Assembly: GCA_018696595.1 (NCBI GenBank)
Contig: JABHQW010000002.1
Span: 74,128-98,127, forward strand
DNA from: Candidatus Woesearchaeota archaeon
GTDB lineage: Archaea; Nanobdellota; Nanobdellia; Woesearchaeales; GW2011-AR9
Reading direction: 5' to 3'
DNA length: 24,000 nt
The position numbers and the translations under genes are program-made. The notes below the pieces were generated by a model, which was not told the DNA's origin, searched no databases, and worked only from the letters and a program-made list of their open reading frames with translations. Of the stretch, positions 8,050 to 16,661 are shown in pieces. Each line of letters opens with the position of its first letter. The first letter of the stretch is position 1.

Positions 8050-8123
8050 TCCCGGTGGGGCCATATTTTTTATTTCTTTTACCACAATCTTAATAAATCA
8101 GTTAAGTTTTTGCAGAACTTAAT

Positions 8124-8216
8124 GCGGGAGTAGTATAGTGGTTAGTATACGGCGTTGCCAATAGCTTTTCGCTAAGTAAAGACGCTGTGACCTGGGTTCA
8201 AGTCCCAGCTCTCGCA
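8124..8216 (+). tRNA. tRNA-Gly(GCC) with one intron
   Basis: Acceptor GCGGGAG/CTCTCGC. Anticodon stem CGGCG (8150-8154)/CGCTG (8183-8187). Loop TTGCCA|A after splicing. T-arm CTGGG TTCAAGT CCCAG. Mature length 72 nt. Confidence 0.88.
8161..8181 (+). other. 21-nt tRNA intron at position 37/38 of tRNA-Gly
   Basis: Central helix exon TTGC (8155-8158) pairs with intron GTAA (8176-8179). Inner hairpin TAGC (8162-8165)/GCTA (8171-8174). Confidence 0.82.
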
Positions 8217-8251
8217 CTTCATTTTCTAATAAATAAAAAAATAAAAAGAAA

Positions 8252-8659
8252 TTATCTTTGGGCGTAAGCAAATGTTGCTTTCAAGGCCACAATTATTGTT
8301 GCTGGCACAAACAATGTTAAGATTCCTGTCAACATATTAGTTATTGACGGAGCAACAGCATCAAAAATTCCCACTTGAATTCCTAAGAACGAGATTAATA
8401 CTAATACTGTTCCACTAGTTAAGAATCCAGAAATCTCTTCAACTGCAATGTTTAGTAATCCTACTATAATCCCTAATAGAAATACTGTCCATAAAATTTC
8501 TTTCTGGTAAGCACCAGTAAAACCCAATCCTAATACTATAGCAAGAAACAGCCCAATTAAGAATGACCAACTGCCAACTAAATTTCTACGGCAATAACTT
8601 CCTTCACATTTGACCTGTTTTGCAACTTTTTTTTTCTTTCTTTTAACCATAAATTTCAC
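8252..8659 (-). CDS. Small multi-TM membrane protein (~135 aa)
   Basis: Basic N-terminus then about four hydrophobic segments (SWSFLIGLFLAIVLGLGF..., ILWTVFLLGIIVGLLNIAV..., TVLVLISFLGIQVGIF..., LTLFVPATIIVALKATF). Confidence 0.65.
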   Translation of the reverse strand: MKFMVKRKKKKVAKQVKCEGSYCRRNLVGSWSFLIGLFLAIVLGLGFTGAYQKEILWTVFLLGIIVGLLNIAVEEISGFLTSGTVLVLISFLGIQVGIFDAVAPSITNMLTGILTLFVPATIIVALKATFAYAQR

Positions 8660-8686
8660 CTCTTTTTCTCTAGAATTATTTTATGG

Positions 8687-8706
8687 TATAAAAAGTTTTA
8701 TAAATT
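8687..8706 (+). promoter_or_regulatory. Putative TATA element for tRNA-Tyr
   Basis: AAAAAGTTTTATAAATTAG, about 25-30 nt upstream of the tRNA 5' end at 8730. Confidence 0.45.
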
Positions 8707-8766
8707 AGGTGCGTTTCTGCTAAAAGTAACCCTTCATAGTTTAGTGGCTAGAACGTCCGGCTGTAG

Positions 8767-8820
8767 AAATCGTTTGATTTTGCCATAATGGCTAGAAATG
8801 AAAAACGATCAGCTGTAGTC
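8767..8820 (+). other. 54-nt tRNA intron at position 37/38 of tRNA-Tyr
   Basis: Inner helix ATCGTTT (8769-8775)/AAACGAT (8803-8809). Central helix CTGT (8761-8764) pairs with GTAG (8815-8818), including G-U pairs. Confidence 0.82.
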
Positions 8821-8842
8821 ACCGGAAGATCCCCGGTTCAAA

Positions 8843-8860
8843 TTGTTTTAAACATGAAAG
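8843..8860 (+). other. 18-nt tRNA intron at position 59/60 (T-loop) of tRNA-Tyr
   Basis: Canonical BHB: TTCA (8837-8840)/TGAA (8855-8858) 4-bp core, 3-nt bulges on both sides, inner TGTT (8844-8847)/AACA (8851-8854). Confidence 0.9.
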
Positions 8861-8880
8861 TCCGGGTGAGGGGACTCATT

Positions 8881-8912
8881 TGGGAAGAATTGCGTTTTAT
8901 TCTTCCCAAACT
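8881..8912 (+). terminator. Hairpin downstream of tRNA-Tyr, possible terminator
   Basis: Perfect 10-bp inverted repeat TGGGAAGAAT (8881-8890)/ATTCTTCCCA (8899-8908). Confidence 0.4.
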
Positions 8913-8984
8913 TTTCTCAATGATTTATTGTTATTTTTAACATATATATTGCACAATCTTCTTTTTAACTAGAAATTACCAAAA

Positions 8985-8996
8985 GCTTTATAAACC
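8985..8996 (+). promoter_or_regulatory. Putative archaeal TATA element upstream of mini-ORF/tRNA-Asp
   Basis: GCTTTATAAACC located ~25 nt upstream of ATG 9019. Confidence 0.45.
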
Positions 8997-9123
8997 CCCC
9001 ATTTAACTATCTTTCAAAATGGCTAAAGATCTTTCTATGAGTAACAATCTAAAAATTTTACTTGTAGATAGTGCTATATGAATGCCCTGGTAGTGTAGCC
9101 AGGTTTAGCATGAAGCCCTGTCG

Positions 9124-9163
9124 GAAACTTTTACGAAAAGAAAAATTCGTGAGGTTTTTAGAA
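9124..9163 (+). other. 40-nt tRNA intron at position 37/38 of tRNA-Asp
   Basis: Inner helix AAAC (9125-9128)/GTTT (9154-9157). Distal hairpin ACGAA (9133-9137)/TTCGT (9146-9150). Central helix has 3 bp with one mismatch. Confidence 0.8.
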
Positions 9164-9184
9164 AGGCTTCGACCCGGGTTCAAA

Positions 9185-9217
9185 TGGGTTGTAGATGTTA
9201 TTTACAATCACTGAATG
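9185..9217 (+). other. 33-nt tRNA intron at position 59/60 (T-loop) of tRNA-Asp
   Basis: TTCA (9179-9182)/TGAA (9212-9215). Inner stem TTGTA (9189-9193)/TACAA (9203-9207) extended by G-U and G-C. Removal restores TTCAAAT. Confidence 0.87.
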
Positions 9218-9266
9218 TCCCGGCCAGGGCGTTTCCTTTACCTTAGGTTAGGGAATTAAACGAAAT

Positions 9267-9340
9267 GGGCCGGTAGCTTAGCTTGGAAGAGCGCCTGACT
9301 TTTAATCAGGCGGTCGAGGGTTCAAATCCCTTCCGGCCCG
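9267..9340 (+). tRNA. tRNA-Lys(UUU), intronless
   Basis: Acceptor GGGCCGG/CCGGCCC. Anticodon arm CCTGA CTTTTAA TCAGG. T-arm GAGGG TTCAAAT CCCTT. Confidence 0.95.
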
Positions 9341-9371
9341 CTCATATTCAACAAATGGAGAAAAATCAAAA

Positions 9372-9608
9372 ATGACTCTTGATGGAAACAAACACCTACT
9401 AATTCCGAAACATAGTAAATTAAATGAATCAGATAAAAAGAAGCTATTAGAAGAATACAAAATCAATGTTTTCTCTTTACCTAAGATTACTAGTGAAGAT
9501 CCTGCTATTGTTAAATTTAATGCAAAAGTTGGAGACGTAATTAAAATTGAGAGAGACAGTAAAACTGCTGGAACTACATCCTATTATCGTGTTGTAGTGG
9601 AAAGCTAG
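9372..9608 (+). CDS. rpoH: DNA-directed RNA polymerase subunit H (Rpb5-like)
   Basis: 'HKLLIPKHSKLNESDKKKLLEEY...LPKITSEDPAIVKFNAKVGDVIKIERDSKTAGTTSYYRVVVE'-type sequence, directly 5' of the rpoB genes. Confidence 0.93.
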   Translation: MTLDGNKHLLIPKHSKLNESDKKKLLEEYKINVFSLPKITSEDPAIVKFNAKVGDVIKIERDSKTAGTTSYYRVVVES

Positions 9609-9625
9609 AGGGAGGAAAAAATCAA

Positions 9626-11101
9626 ATGGACCGATCCATCTTAATCAAAAAATATTTCGAAGAAAAACGATTTGTGGACAGTAGTATTCAGTCTTTTAAT
9701 AACTTTATAGATAATGGTTTGCAAGAAGTTGTTGAAGAGAATAAAGAAGCAGAGCCTGCAATTATCCCACATAATATTGAAAAATTTAAAATCAGGTTCG
9801 GAAGAATTACTGTTGGTAAACCTGAAATTACTGAAGCCGATGGAAGTAAGAGGCCAATTTATCCTGCTGAAGCAAGATTAAGAAAAATTTCTTATTATGC
9901 TCCTATCTATTTGGAAGTTAGTACTTATATTAATGATGTTCAAAGAGAAAGTTTTGTTGCAGAAATTGGAAAAATGCCAATCATGCTTAGAAGTAAATAT
10001 TGTCATCTTGACGGGTTAAGCCGAGAAGAACTAATTAAACATGGTGACGACCCAACTGATCCTGGTGGATACTTTATTATTAACGGAACTGAAAGAGTAA
10101 TTGTTAATGTTGAAGATTTGGCAGCTAACAATTTTATTGTTGAAGGTAATCCCATTAAAGGATATAATGGGAGATTCTTTGCAGCAAAAGGATCTTACAA
10201 AATTCCTCATTCTTTTGAAAGGAAGAAAGATGGGATTTATTATATGACATTTACTCGGGTTAAGAATATGCCCATTATAGTTGTATTAAAAGCATTGGGG
10301 CTAACTAAAGACGAAGATATCATGCGAGCAATCTCTGCTAATGAAACTTATGAAGAAGTAATTCTTAACTTGTTTGAATTTGTTGATATCAAAACTCAAG
10401 AAGATGCAGTGGATTACATTTCTAAAAGAATTGGAATCGCTCAAGCTAAAGAAATTAGAATTGAAAGAACTAAAGAAATCTTAGACAAGTTCTTGTTACC
10501 TAATATTGGTATGGATATTGGCTTGAAATCAATAAAAGCAAAAAACATTTGTAAGATGTTAAAGAAATTCATTGATGTTAGAAAAGAAACAAGACCTTCT
10601 GATGATAAGGATCATTACATGAATAAAAGACTGAGACTTAGTGGAGACTTAATGATTGATTTGTTTAGAGTTAATTTTAAAATTCTGGTTGGAGATATTC
10701 TTTACAACTTTCAAAGAATTATCAAACGGGGAAAATTACCTTCAATCCGAGTTATTATTAGAGATAAGTTGTTAACTTCTAGACTTTATTCTTCAATGGC
10801 TACCGGAGAATGGGTTGGTGGGAGACAAGGAGTATCTCAAAGAATGGATCGTTCAAATTTTTTGGCAATGGTATCACATTTACAAAAGGTTGTTAGTCCG
10901 TTATCTTCAAGTCAAGAGAATTTTGACGCAAGAGCATTACATTGTACGCACATTGGTAGGTTGTGTCCAATTGAAACTCCTGAAGGTACAAACATTGGGC
11001 TAAGAAAAAACATGGCAATGTTATGTTCAATCTCACAAGACGTTGGGGAAACTAGCGTTCTTGAGAAAGTTAAAGAATTAGGTTTAAAACCTATCGAATA
11101 A
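9626..11101 (+). CDS. rpoB2: DNA-directed RNA polymerase subunit B'' (split beta, N-terminal half)
   Basis: 'GYFIINGTERVIVNVEDLAANNFIVE', 'ALHCTHIGRLCPIETPEGTNIGLRKNMAM'. SD GGGAGG upstream. Confidence 0.97.
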   Translation: MDRSILIKKYFEEKRFVDSSIQSFNNFIDNGLQEVVEENKEAEPAIIPHNIEKFKIRFGRITVGKPEITEADGSKRPIYPAEARLRKISYYAPIYLEVSTYINDVQRESFVAEIGKMPIMLRSKYCHLDGLSREELIKHGDDPTDPGGYFIINGTERVIVNVEDLAANNFIVEGNPIKGYNGRFFAAKGSYKIPHSFERKKDGIYYMTFTRVKNMPIIVVLKALGLTKDEDIMRAISANETYEEVILNLFEFVDIKTQEDAVDYISKRIGIAQAKEIRIERTKEILDKFLLPNIGMDIGLKSIKAKNICKMLKKFIDVRKETRPSDDKDHYMNKRLRLSGDLMIDLFRVNFKILVGDILYNFQRIIKRGKLPSIRVIIRDKLLTSRLYSSMATGEWVGGRQGVSQRMDRSNFLAMVSHLQKVVSPLSSSQENFDARALHCTHIGRLCPIETPEGTNIGLRKNMAMLCSISQDVGETSVLEKVKELGLKPIE

Positions 11102-11110
11102 GGAAATAAA

Positions 11111-12913
11111 ATGGCAGACGTTTATATTAATTCAAGATTTGTAGGAACAGTAGATGACATTAATCTATTTGTTGAGAACATAAAAGATGAAAGAAGAAAA
11201 GGTTCTTTGGCAGAAGATGTTAATGTTTATACTGATATAGAAAACAATGAAGTTCACGTTAATTGTGATGGTGGAAGAGCAAGAAGGCCTTTAATAATTA
11301 TTAAAGAAGGAAAATCTTTGCTAACAGAAAGACACTTGAAACAATTAAAAGATGGCGAAATCACTTGGGCTGATTTAGTGAGACAAGGAGTCGTAGAATA
11401 TTTGGACGCTGGTGAAGAAGAAAATGCATTAGTGGCTTACGACGAAACTCAATTAACCGAGAAACATACGCACATGGAAATTACTCCTGGGTCTATTAGT
11501 GGAATTGCAACTGCATTGGTTCCTTTTGGAAACTTTAACCAATCTTCAAGATTAATTATTGGAAGTAAGAACCAGAAACAATCTTTAGGATTCTATGCTG
11601 CTAATTATCACATTAGATTAGATATGGATACAAACTTATTACATTATCCACAATTTCCTTTAGTTAAAACTAAGTTACACGATGTTACTAATTATGATGA
11701 ACATCCGGCCGGCCAGAATATGGTTGTTGCTATAATGTGTTTCGATGGTTATAACATGGAGGATGGAGTTATATTAAACAAGAGTTCTGTTGAGAGAGGA
11801 TTGGCAAGAAGTACTTATTTCCGTCCAGTATCTGCAGAAGAATTACGTTATTCTGGTGGTTTAATTGATGAAGTTTCTATTCCTGATAAAGAAGTTAAAG
11901 GTTATCGTAGTGAAGCCGATTACAAGTTCCTTGAAGGGGACGGAATTATCTATCCTGAAGCAAAAGTATGTGATGGTGACGTGATTATTGGAAGAACATC
12001 TCCTCCTAGATTCTTGAGTAGTTTGGATGAATACAATTTATCTGCTGCCATTAGAAGAGAAAGTTCTGTTTCTTTGAAACATGGAGAAAAAGGTGTGGCT
12101 GACTTTGTCGTTATTACTGAAAATGAAGAAGGTAACAAACTTGTTCAAGTAAGATTAAGGGAGGAAAGAATTCCAGAGATTGGAGATAAATTCACTTCTC
12201 GTCATGGTCAGAAAGGAGTTACAGGTATTTTAGTTCCTGTGCAAGACATTCCTTTTTCCGCTAATGGAATTACTCCTGACTTAATTTTCACTCCGCACGG
12301 TATTTCTTCTCGGATGACCATTTCTCATTTATTAGAATTAATTGGTGGGAAAGTTGGTGCATTATCTGGAAGATTTGTTGATGGGACTTTATTTGAGGCA
12401 GAATCTGAACTTAATATGCGAGCAGAATTATTAAATCTTGGTTTTAAAGAAGATGGAACCGAAACATTTTATGATGGTCGGACTGGAAAGCAGATGTTAG
12501 CTAAGATTTATGTGGGAAACATGTATTATCTGAGACTAAGACATTTAGTTGCTAACAAAATGCAATCTCGGGCAAGAGGACCAATCCAATTACTAACAAG
12601 ACAACCAACTGAGGGTAAGGCTAAAGAAGGTGGTCTAAGGTTGGGAGAGATGGAGAAGGATGTTTTCATTGCTCACGGTGCTTCATTATTATTGAAGGAA
12701 AGGTTTGATTCTGATAAAACAAACTTACCAGTTTGTGAAAAGTGTGGCCTAGTGGCAGTTGAAGACCAATACAAGAATAGAAAGTACTGTTTGATGTGTG
12801 GCGAAGATGTTAACATTAATTATGTTGAGATGAGTTACGCATTTAAATTACTGTTAGACGAAATAAGAAGCTTAGGTATCTACCCTAAGTTGAATTTAGA
12901 AAATAAGTATTAA
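11111..12913 (+). CDS. rpoB1: DNA-directed RNA polymerase subunit B' (split beta, C-terminal half)
   Basis: 'FDGYNMEDGVILNKSSVERGLARSTYF', 'KFTSRHGQKGVTGILVP', zinc site 'CEKCGLVA...YCLMCGE'. Confidence 0.97.
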   Translation: MADVYINSRFVGTVDDINLFVENIKDERRKGSLAEDVNVYTDIENNEVHVNCDGGRARRPLIIIKEGKSLLTERHLKQLKDGEITWADLVRQGVVEYLDAGEEENALVAYDETQLTEKHTHMEITPGSISGIATALVPFGNFNQSSRLIIGSKNQKQSLGFYAANYHIRLDMDTNLLHYPQFPLVKTKLHDVTNYDEHPAGQNMVVAIMCFDGYNMEDGVILNKSSVERGLARSTYFRPVSAEELRYSGGLIDEVSIPDKEVKGYRSEADYKFLEGDGIIYPEAKVCDGDVIIGRTSPPRFLSSLDEYNLSAAIRRESSVSLKHGEKGVADFVVITENEEGNKLVQVRLREERIPEIGDKFTSRHGQKGVTGILVPVQDIPFSANGITPDLIFTPHGISSRMTISHLLELIGGKVGALSGRFVDGTLFEAESELNMRAELLNLGFKEDGTETFYDGRTGKQMLAKIYVGNMYYLRLRHLVANKMQSRARGPIQLLTRQPTEGKAKEGGLRLGEMEKDVFIAHGASLLLKERFDSDKTNLPVCEKCGLVAVEDQYKNRKYCLMCGEDVNINYVEMSYAFKLLLDEIRSLGIYPKLNLENKY

Positions 12914-12933
12914 ACTTATGTTGAGGAAAAAAA

Positions 12934-15504
12934 ATGGATCGACAAGTGCATAAAAAAGTATGTAATATTAACTTTAGTTTGTTTTCTCCAAAACAAATTA
13001 TGGATCTAGCTGCTGCTAAAGTAGTTACTCCTGAATTATATGATCGTGAAGGATATTCTGTTGACGGTGGTTTAATGGATATTCGTTTAGGGGTTATTGA
13101 TCCAGGGTTAAGATGTAAAACCTGTGGTCAAAAGCTTAAAGAATGTCCTGGTCATTTTGGATATATTGAATTAGCAAGACCTGTAATTCATATTAAGTTT
13201 GTTAGACAAGTTCTTGATTTGTTAAAATCTACTTGTAAATATTGTGGTCAGGTTCTTATTCCTGAAAATAACATTAGCAAGTTTACCGATGTTTTTGATA
13301 AAGTGGGTAAGGAAGAAGGTTTTGAAGCAAGAAGAAGAAAAATTAAGGAAGTTGTTAATAAATTTAAAACTAAAGAAAAGTGTCCTCATTGTGAGAAAAA
13401 ACAAGAAAAAATTAAAATTGAAAAACCTTATACTTATTACGAAAGTGATTTACGTCTAAGTCCAATTGAAGTGCGAGCAAGATTAGAAAAAGTACCTTCA
13501 GAAGATCTTAAAATCTTTGGATACGTAGAAGGTTTCCGTCCAGAATGGATGGTTCTAACTGTTTTACAAATTCCTCCAGTTACGATGCGTCCAAGCATTA
13601 CTTTAGAATCTGGAGAACGAAGTGAAGACGACTTAACTCATAAGTTAGGTGATATTGTTAGAATTAATCAGCGTTTATTTGAGAACATTAATGCTGGTGC
13701 TCCTGAAGTTATTATTGAAGATTTATGGGATCTGTTACAATACCATGTTACAACTTTCTTTGACAATGCAGTTTCTCAACTACCTCCTGCAAGACATCGG
13801 GGCGGACAAGTACTAAAAACATTAGCTGCAAGAATTAAAAGTAAAGAAGGTCGGTTAAGACATAATCTTGCTGGTAAGAGAACTGACTTTTCAGCGAGAA
13901 CAGTTATTAGTCCTGACCCTTTTATTGATTTGAACCAAGTTGGTGTTCCATTATCAATGTCAATGAATTTAACAGTTCCAGAAAGAGTTACTGAATGGAA
14001 CAAAGAATACCTGTTAAAGTTTGTTAAGAACGGACCAAAAAAATATCCTGGTGCTAATTATATTATCAAGCCTGATGGAAAAAGAAAATCCATAACTGAA
14101 GATACACAAGAAGAAATCTTAGAAGAGTTAGAAGAAGGTTATCTTGTAGAAAGACATTTACTTGACGGTGATGTTGCTTTATTTAACAGACAACCAAGTT
14201 TGCACAGAATGAGCATGATGTGTCATAAAGTAAAAGTTCTTCCAGGTAAAACATTCCGTTTGAATCCTGCAGTTTGTAATCCTTATAACGCTGATTTTGA
14301 TGGGGATGAAATGAACTTACATATTCCACAGAACGATGAAGCAAGAGCAGAAGCAAAAATTTTAATGTTGGTTGATACTCAAATAATTAGTCCCCGTTAT
14401 GGATTAAGTGTTGTGGGTTGTATCCAAGATGCAATTACTGGTAATTATCTTTTAACTAAAGAATTAGTTTTAAGTAGGGCTGAAGCAACTGACTTATTAT
14501 ATAATTGCGGGGTTACTGATTTGTCCCCTTTACCTAAGAAAGAGAAGGTTGATGGTAGTGAAGTATTCTCTGTTTTATTACCTAACGACTTTAGTTTCAT
14601 TGGTAAAGATAAGAGTGGTAATGACGTTAAGATTGTTAATGGAAAACTAAAATCTGGTTACATGGACAAATCTAACTTAGGTCAAGAAAGTGGACTGATG
14701 TTAAGAAACATTTATGAAAAATATGGTCCTGCTTATACTGCTGAACTTTTAGGTAAGATCTCAAAATTAGGTATTTCTGTATTGGCAAGAAGAGGGTTCT
14801 CGATTGGAATTGGGGATATGGACTTACCATTAGAAACACAAGATGAAATTAGGGCAACTGTAAAGAAATCCGAAGATGAAGCACTAAAAATAATTGATGA
14901 ATTTTATGCTGGAAAATTGGATGCATTGCCTGGAAGAAGTGTTGCTGAAACTCTTGAACTTAATGTTCTTGGTGCACTTAACAAAGCAAGAAATAAGAGC
15001 GGAGATATTGCTATGAAACAAGTACAAAATAGTGCAGCAATTACTATGGCTCGGAGTGGTGCAAGAGGAAATCCTTTAAACATTGCTCAAATGACTGCTG
15101 TTGTTGGTCAGCAAGCTTTAAGAGGTAAAAGAATTGAGTCTGGTTTTAAAAATAGAACCATGTCTTATTTTGGAAATAAAGATCTTAGTCCTAAGGCTAG
15201 GGGTTTTGTTAAAAATAATTTTAAAAGCGGTTTGACCCCTGCAGAGTTCTTTTTTGGAGCGATGACTGGGAGAGACGCATTAATGGATACTGCTTTGAGA
15301 ACACCTAAATCCGGTTATCTTTATCGAAGATTATCTAACGCTTTACAAGATCTTAAAGTTGAATATGATGGCACAGTTAGAGATGCAAGTAGTAGGATTG
15401 TCCAGTTTAGTTATGGAGAAGACGGATTAGATGTTTCCAAAACTAAGAATGGTGTTGTTGATGTAAAAAGTGTCATTCAAAATGTTATAGGTGCAAGCAA
15501 ATGA
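12934..15504 (+). CDS. rpoA1: DNA-directed RNA polymerase subunit A'
   Basis: '[23 protein letters not shown]', catalytic '[18 protein letters not shown]', '[14 protein letters not shown]'. Confidence 0.98.
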   Translation: MDRQVHKKVCNINFSLFSPKQIMDLAAAKVVTPELYDREGYSVDGGLMDIRLGVIDPGLRCKTCGQKLKECPGHFGYIELARPVIHIKFVRQVLDLLKSTCKYCGQVLIPENNISKFTDVFDKVGKEEGFEARRRKIKEVVNKFKTKEKCPHCEKKQEKIKIEKPYTYYESDLRLSPIEVRARLEKVPSEDLKIFGYVEGFRPEWMVLTVLQIPPVTMRPSITLESGERSEDDLTHKLGDIVRINQRLFENINAGAPEVIIEDLWDLLQYHVTTFFDNAVSQLPPARHRGGQVLKTLAARIKSKEGRLRHNLAGKRTDFSARTVISPDPFIDLNQVGVPLSMSMNLTVPERVTEWNKEYLLKFVKNGPKKYPGANYIIKPDGKRKSITEDTQEEILEELEEGYLVERHLLDGDVALFNRQPSLHRMSMMCHKVKVLPGKTFRLNPAVCNPYNADFDGDEMNLHIPQNDEARAEAKILMLVDTQIISPRYGLSVVGCIQDAITGNYLLTKELVLSRAEATDLLYNCGVTDLSPLPKKEKVDGSEVFSVLLPNDFSFIGKDKSGNDVKIVNGKLKSGYMDKSNLGQESGLMLRNIYEKYGPAYTAELLGKISKLGISVLARRGFSIGIGDMDLPLETQDEIRATVKKSEDEALKIIDEFYAGKLDALPGRSVAETLELNVLGALNKARNKSGDIAMKQVQNSAAITMARSGARGNPLNIAQMTAVVGQQALRGKRIESGFKNRTMSYFGNKDLSPKARGFVKNNFKSGLTPAEFFFGAMTGRDALMDTALRTPKSGYLYRRLSNALQDLKVEYDGTVRDASSRIVQFSYGEDGLDVSKTKNGVVDVKSVIQNVIGASK

Positions 15505-16646
15505 AAGCAGAACACACAAAAATAATTAATAGCTATGCTGATAAATTACCTCCATTAGTATTGAAAACAGTGGAAGAAGAAGTTCCTGGAAATATTAGTG
15601 CTAGCAATCTATCTAAGATTATGGAAGGAGTTATTGCAGCTTACAAATATGCTGAAGTTCATCCTGGTGAAAGTGTTGGTTTAGTTGGCGCTGAAAGTAT
15701 TGGTGAGCCTGGTACACAAATGACTTTGAATACGTTTCACTTGGCTGGGGTTGCTGAAGTACAAGTTACTACTGGTTTGCCAAGGATTATTGAAGTTTTT
15801 GATGCAAGAAAAGAAATCAAAACTCCAATGATGGAGATTTATCTTAAAAGTCCACATAATAAAAATATGGAAAAAGTTCGTAAGTTTGCTGCTAATATTA
15901 AAGAGATGAAATTTGAAGAATTTGTTTCCGAATATTCATTAAGTATCTTTGATCAGACTCTTAAAGTAGTTTTAAATAAAGGTTTGTTAGATGACAATGC
16001 TTTAGTTGCAAAAGACTTAATCAAGTTAATTAAGACTAAAGCAAAGGGATTTAATTTAACAAGTCAAAATGAAGAGATTCTTTTTACTCATAAAGGTAAA
16101 ACTGAGGAAATTAAAGATCTTTATGCAATCAAGGAAAAAATTAAAGATGTTAAAGTTGGCGGAGTCAAGGGTTTGAAACAAGTTCTTCCAGTAAAGCGAA
16201 ATGAAGAATATGTTGTTTTAACTTCTGGAAATAATTTGAAAGATGTTTTGGCTTTACCTGAGGTTGATTCAAATAGAACAACTAGTAACGACATCTATGA
16301 AATTTATAAAGTTCTGGGCATTGAAGCGGCTAGACAAGCAATAATTAATGAGGTTTACAAAGTTGTTGAATCTCAAGGATTGAATGTTAATATTCGTCAT
16401 ATTATGCTTGTAGCAGACGTGATGTGTGCTAGTGGTGTGGTTAAAGGAGTTACTCGTTATGGTGTTGTTAGTGAGAAAGCTAGTGTTTTAGCAAGGGCAT
16501 CTTTTGAAACTCCATTAAAACATTTATTTAATGCTGCATTGGAAGGGGAAGTTGATGACCTGACTTCTGTAGTTGAAAATGTAATGATTAATCAGCCAGT
16601 TCCAATTGGTACTGGGTTACCTGGATTAATAACAAAGATGAAATAA
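15501..16646 (+). CDS. rpoA2: DNA-directed RNA polymerase subunit A''
   Basis: '[46 protein letters not shown]'. ATGA overlap with rpoA1. Confidence 0.97.
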   Translation: MKAEHTKIINSYADKLPPLVLKTVEEEVPGNISASNLSKIMEGVIAAYKYAEVHPGESVGLVGAESIGEPGTQMTLNTFHLAGVAEVQVTTGLPRIIEVFDARKEIKTPMMEIYLKSPHNKNMEKVRKFAANIKEMKFEEFVSEYSLSIFDQTLKVVLNKGLLDDNALVAKDLIKLIKTKAKGFNLTSQNEEILFTHKGKTEEIKDLYAIKEKIKDVKVGGVKGLKQVLPVKRNEEYVVLTSGNNLKDVLALPEVDSNRTTSNDIYEIYKVLGIEAARQAIINEVYKVVESQGLNVNIRHIMLVADVMCASGVVKGVTRYGVVSEKASVLARASFETPLKHLFNAALEGEVDDLTSVVENVMINQPVPIGTGLPGLITKMK

Positions 16647-16661
16647 TGACGGTGAGTTTAT

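Larger units (their letters stand above)
7883..8063 (+). tRNA. tRNA-Ile(UAU) with two introns
   Basis: Acceptor 7883-7889 GGCCCCA pairs with 8056-8062 TGGGGCC, discriminator A8063. D-stem GCTT/GAGC. Anticodon stem CCAGT/GCTGG. T-stem CCGGG (7959-7963)/CCCGG (8051-8055). Spliced anticodon loop CTTATAA, T-loop TTCAAAT. Mature length 74 nt. Confidence 0.82.
8730..8874 (+). tRNA. tRNA-Tyr(GUA) with two introns
   Basis: Acceptor 8730-8736 CCCTTCA pairs with 8867-8873 TGAGGGG, with C1-G72 and A73 typical of archaeal tRNA-Tyr. Anticodon stem TCCGG (8756-8760)/CCGGA (8822-8826). Loop CTGTAG|A. T-stem CCCGG (8832-8836)/CCGGG (8862-8866). Mature length 73 nt. Confidence 0.9.
9084..9231 (+). tRNA. tRNA-Asp(GUC) with two introns
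   Basis: Acceptor GCCCTGG (9084-9090)/CCAGGGC (9224-9230), G73. Anticodon stem AAGCC (9113-9117)/GGCTT (9165-9169). Loop CTGTCG|A. T-stem CCGGG (9174-9178)/CCCGG (9219-9223). Mature length 75 nt. Confidence 0.9.

Noticed and set aside
7902-8093. 63-aa ORF MERQSYMAVFYTIARQ...
   Set aside because: Lies over the tRNA-Ile exons and introns; the open frame is incidental.
8124-8216. T-loop intron in tRNA-Gly or tRNA-Lys
   Set aside because: Checked; both have contiguous 7-nt T-loops (TTCAAGT, TTCAAAT) flanked by paired stems, so no second intron.
10815-11003. Small alternate-frame ORFs inside rpoB2, rpoB1, rpoA1, gyrB and others (1603, 2917, 4834, 6596, 11950, 13222, 13244, 13776, 18668, 20111, 21888)
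   Set aside because: All lie in alternative frames of strongly supported coding sequences with no independent evidence.
9626-12913. Split rpoB as a possible frameshift or novel break
   Set aside because: Both halves have clear starts and the stop/start junction matches the known archaeal B''/B' split, so it is normal for several archaeal groups.
15497-15506. Overlap of rpoA1 and rpoA2
   Set aside because: Standard ATGA translational coupling of the archaeal A'/A'' split; not an intein or frameshift.
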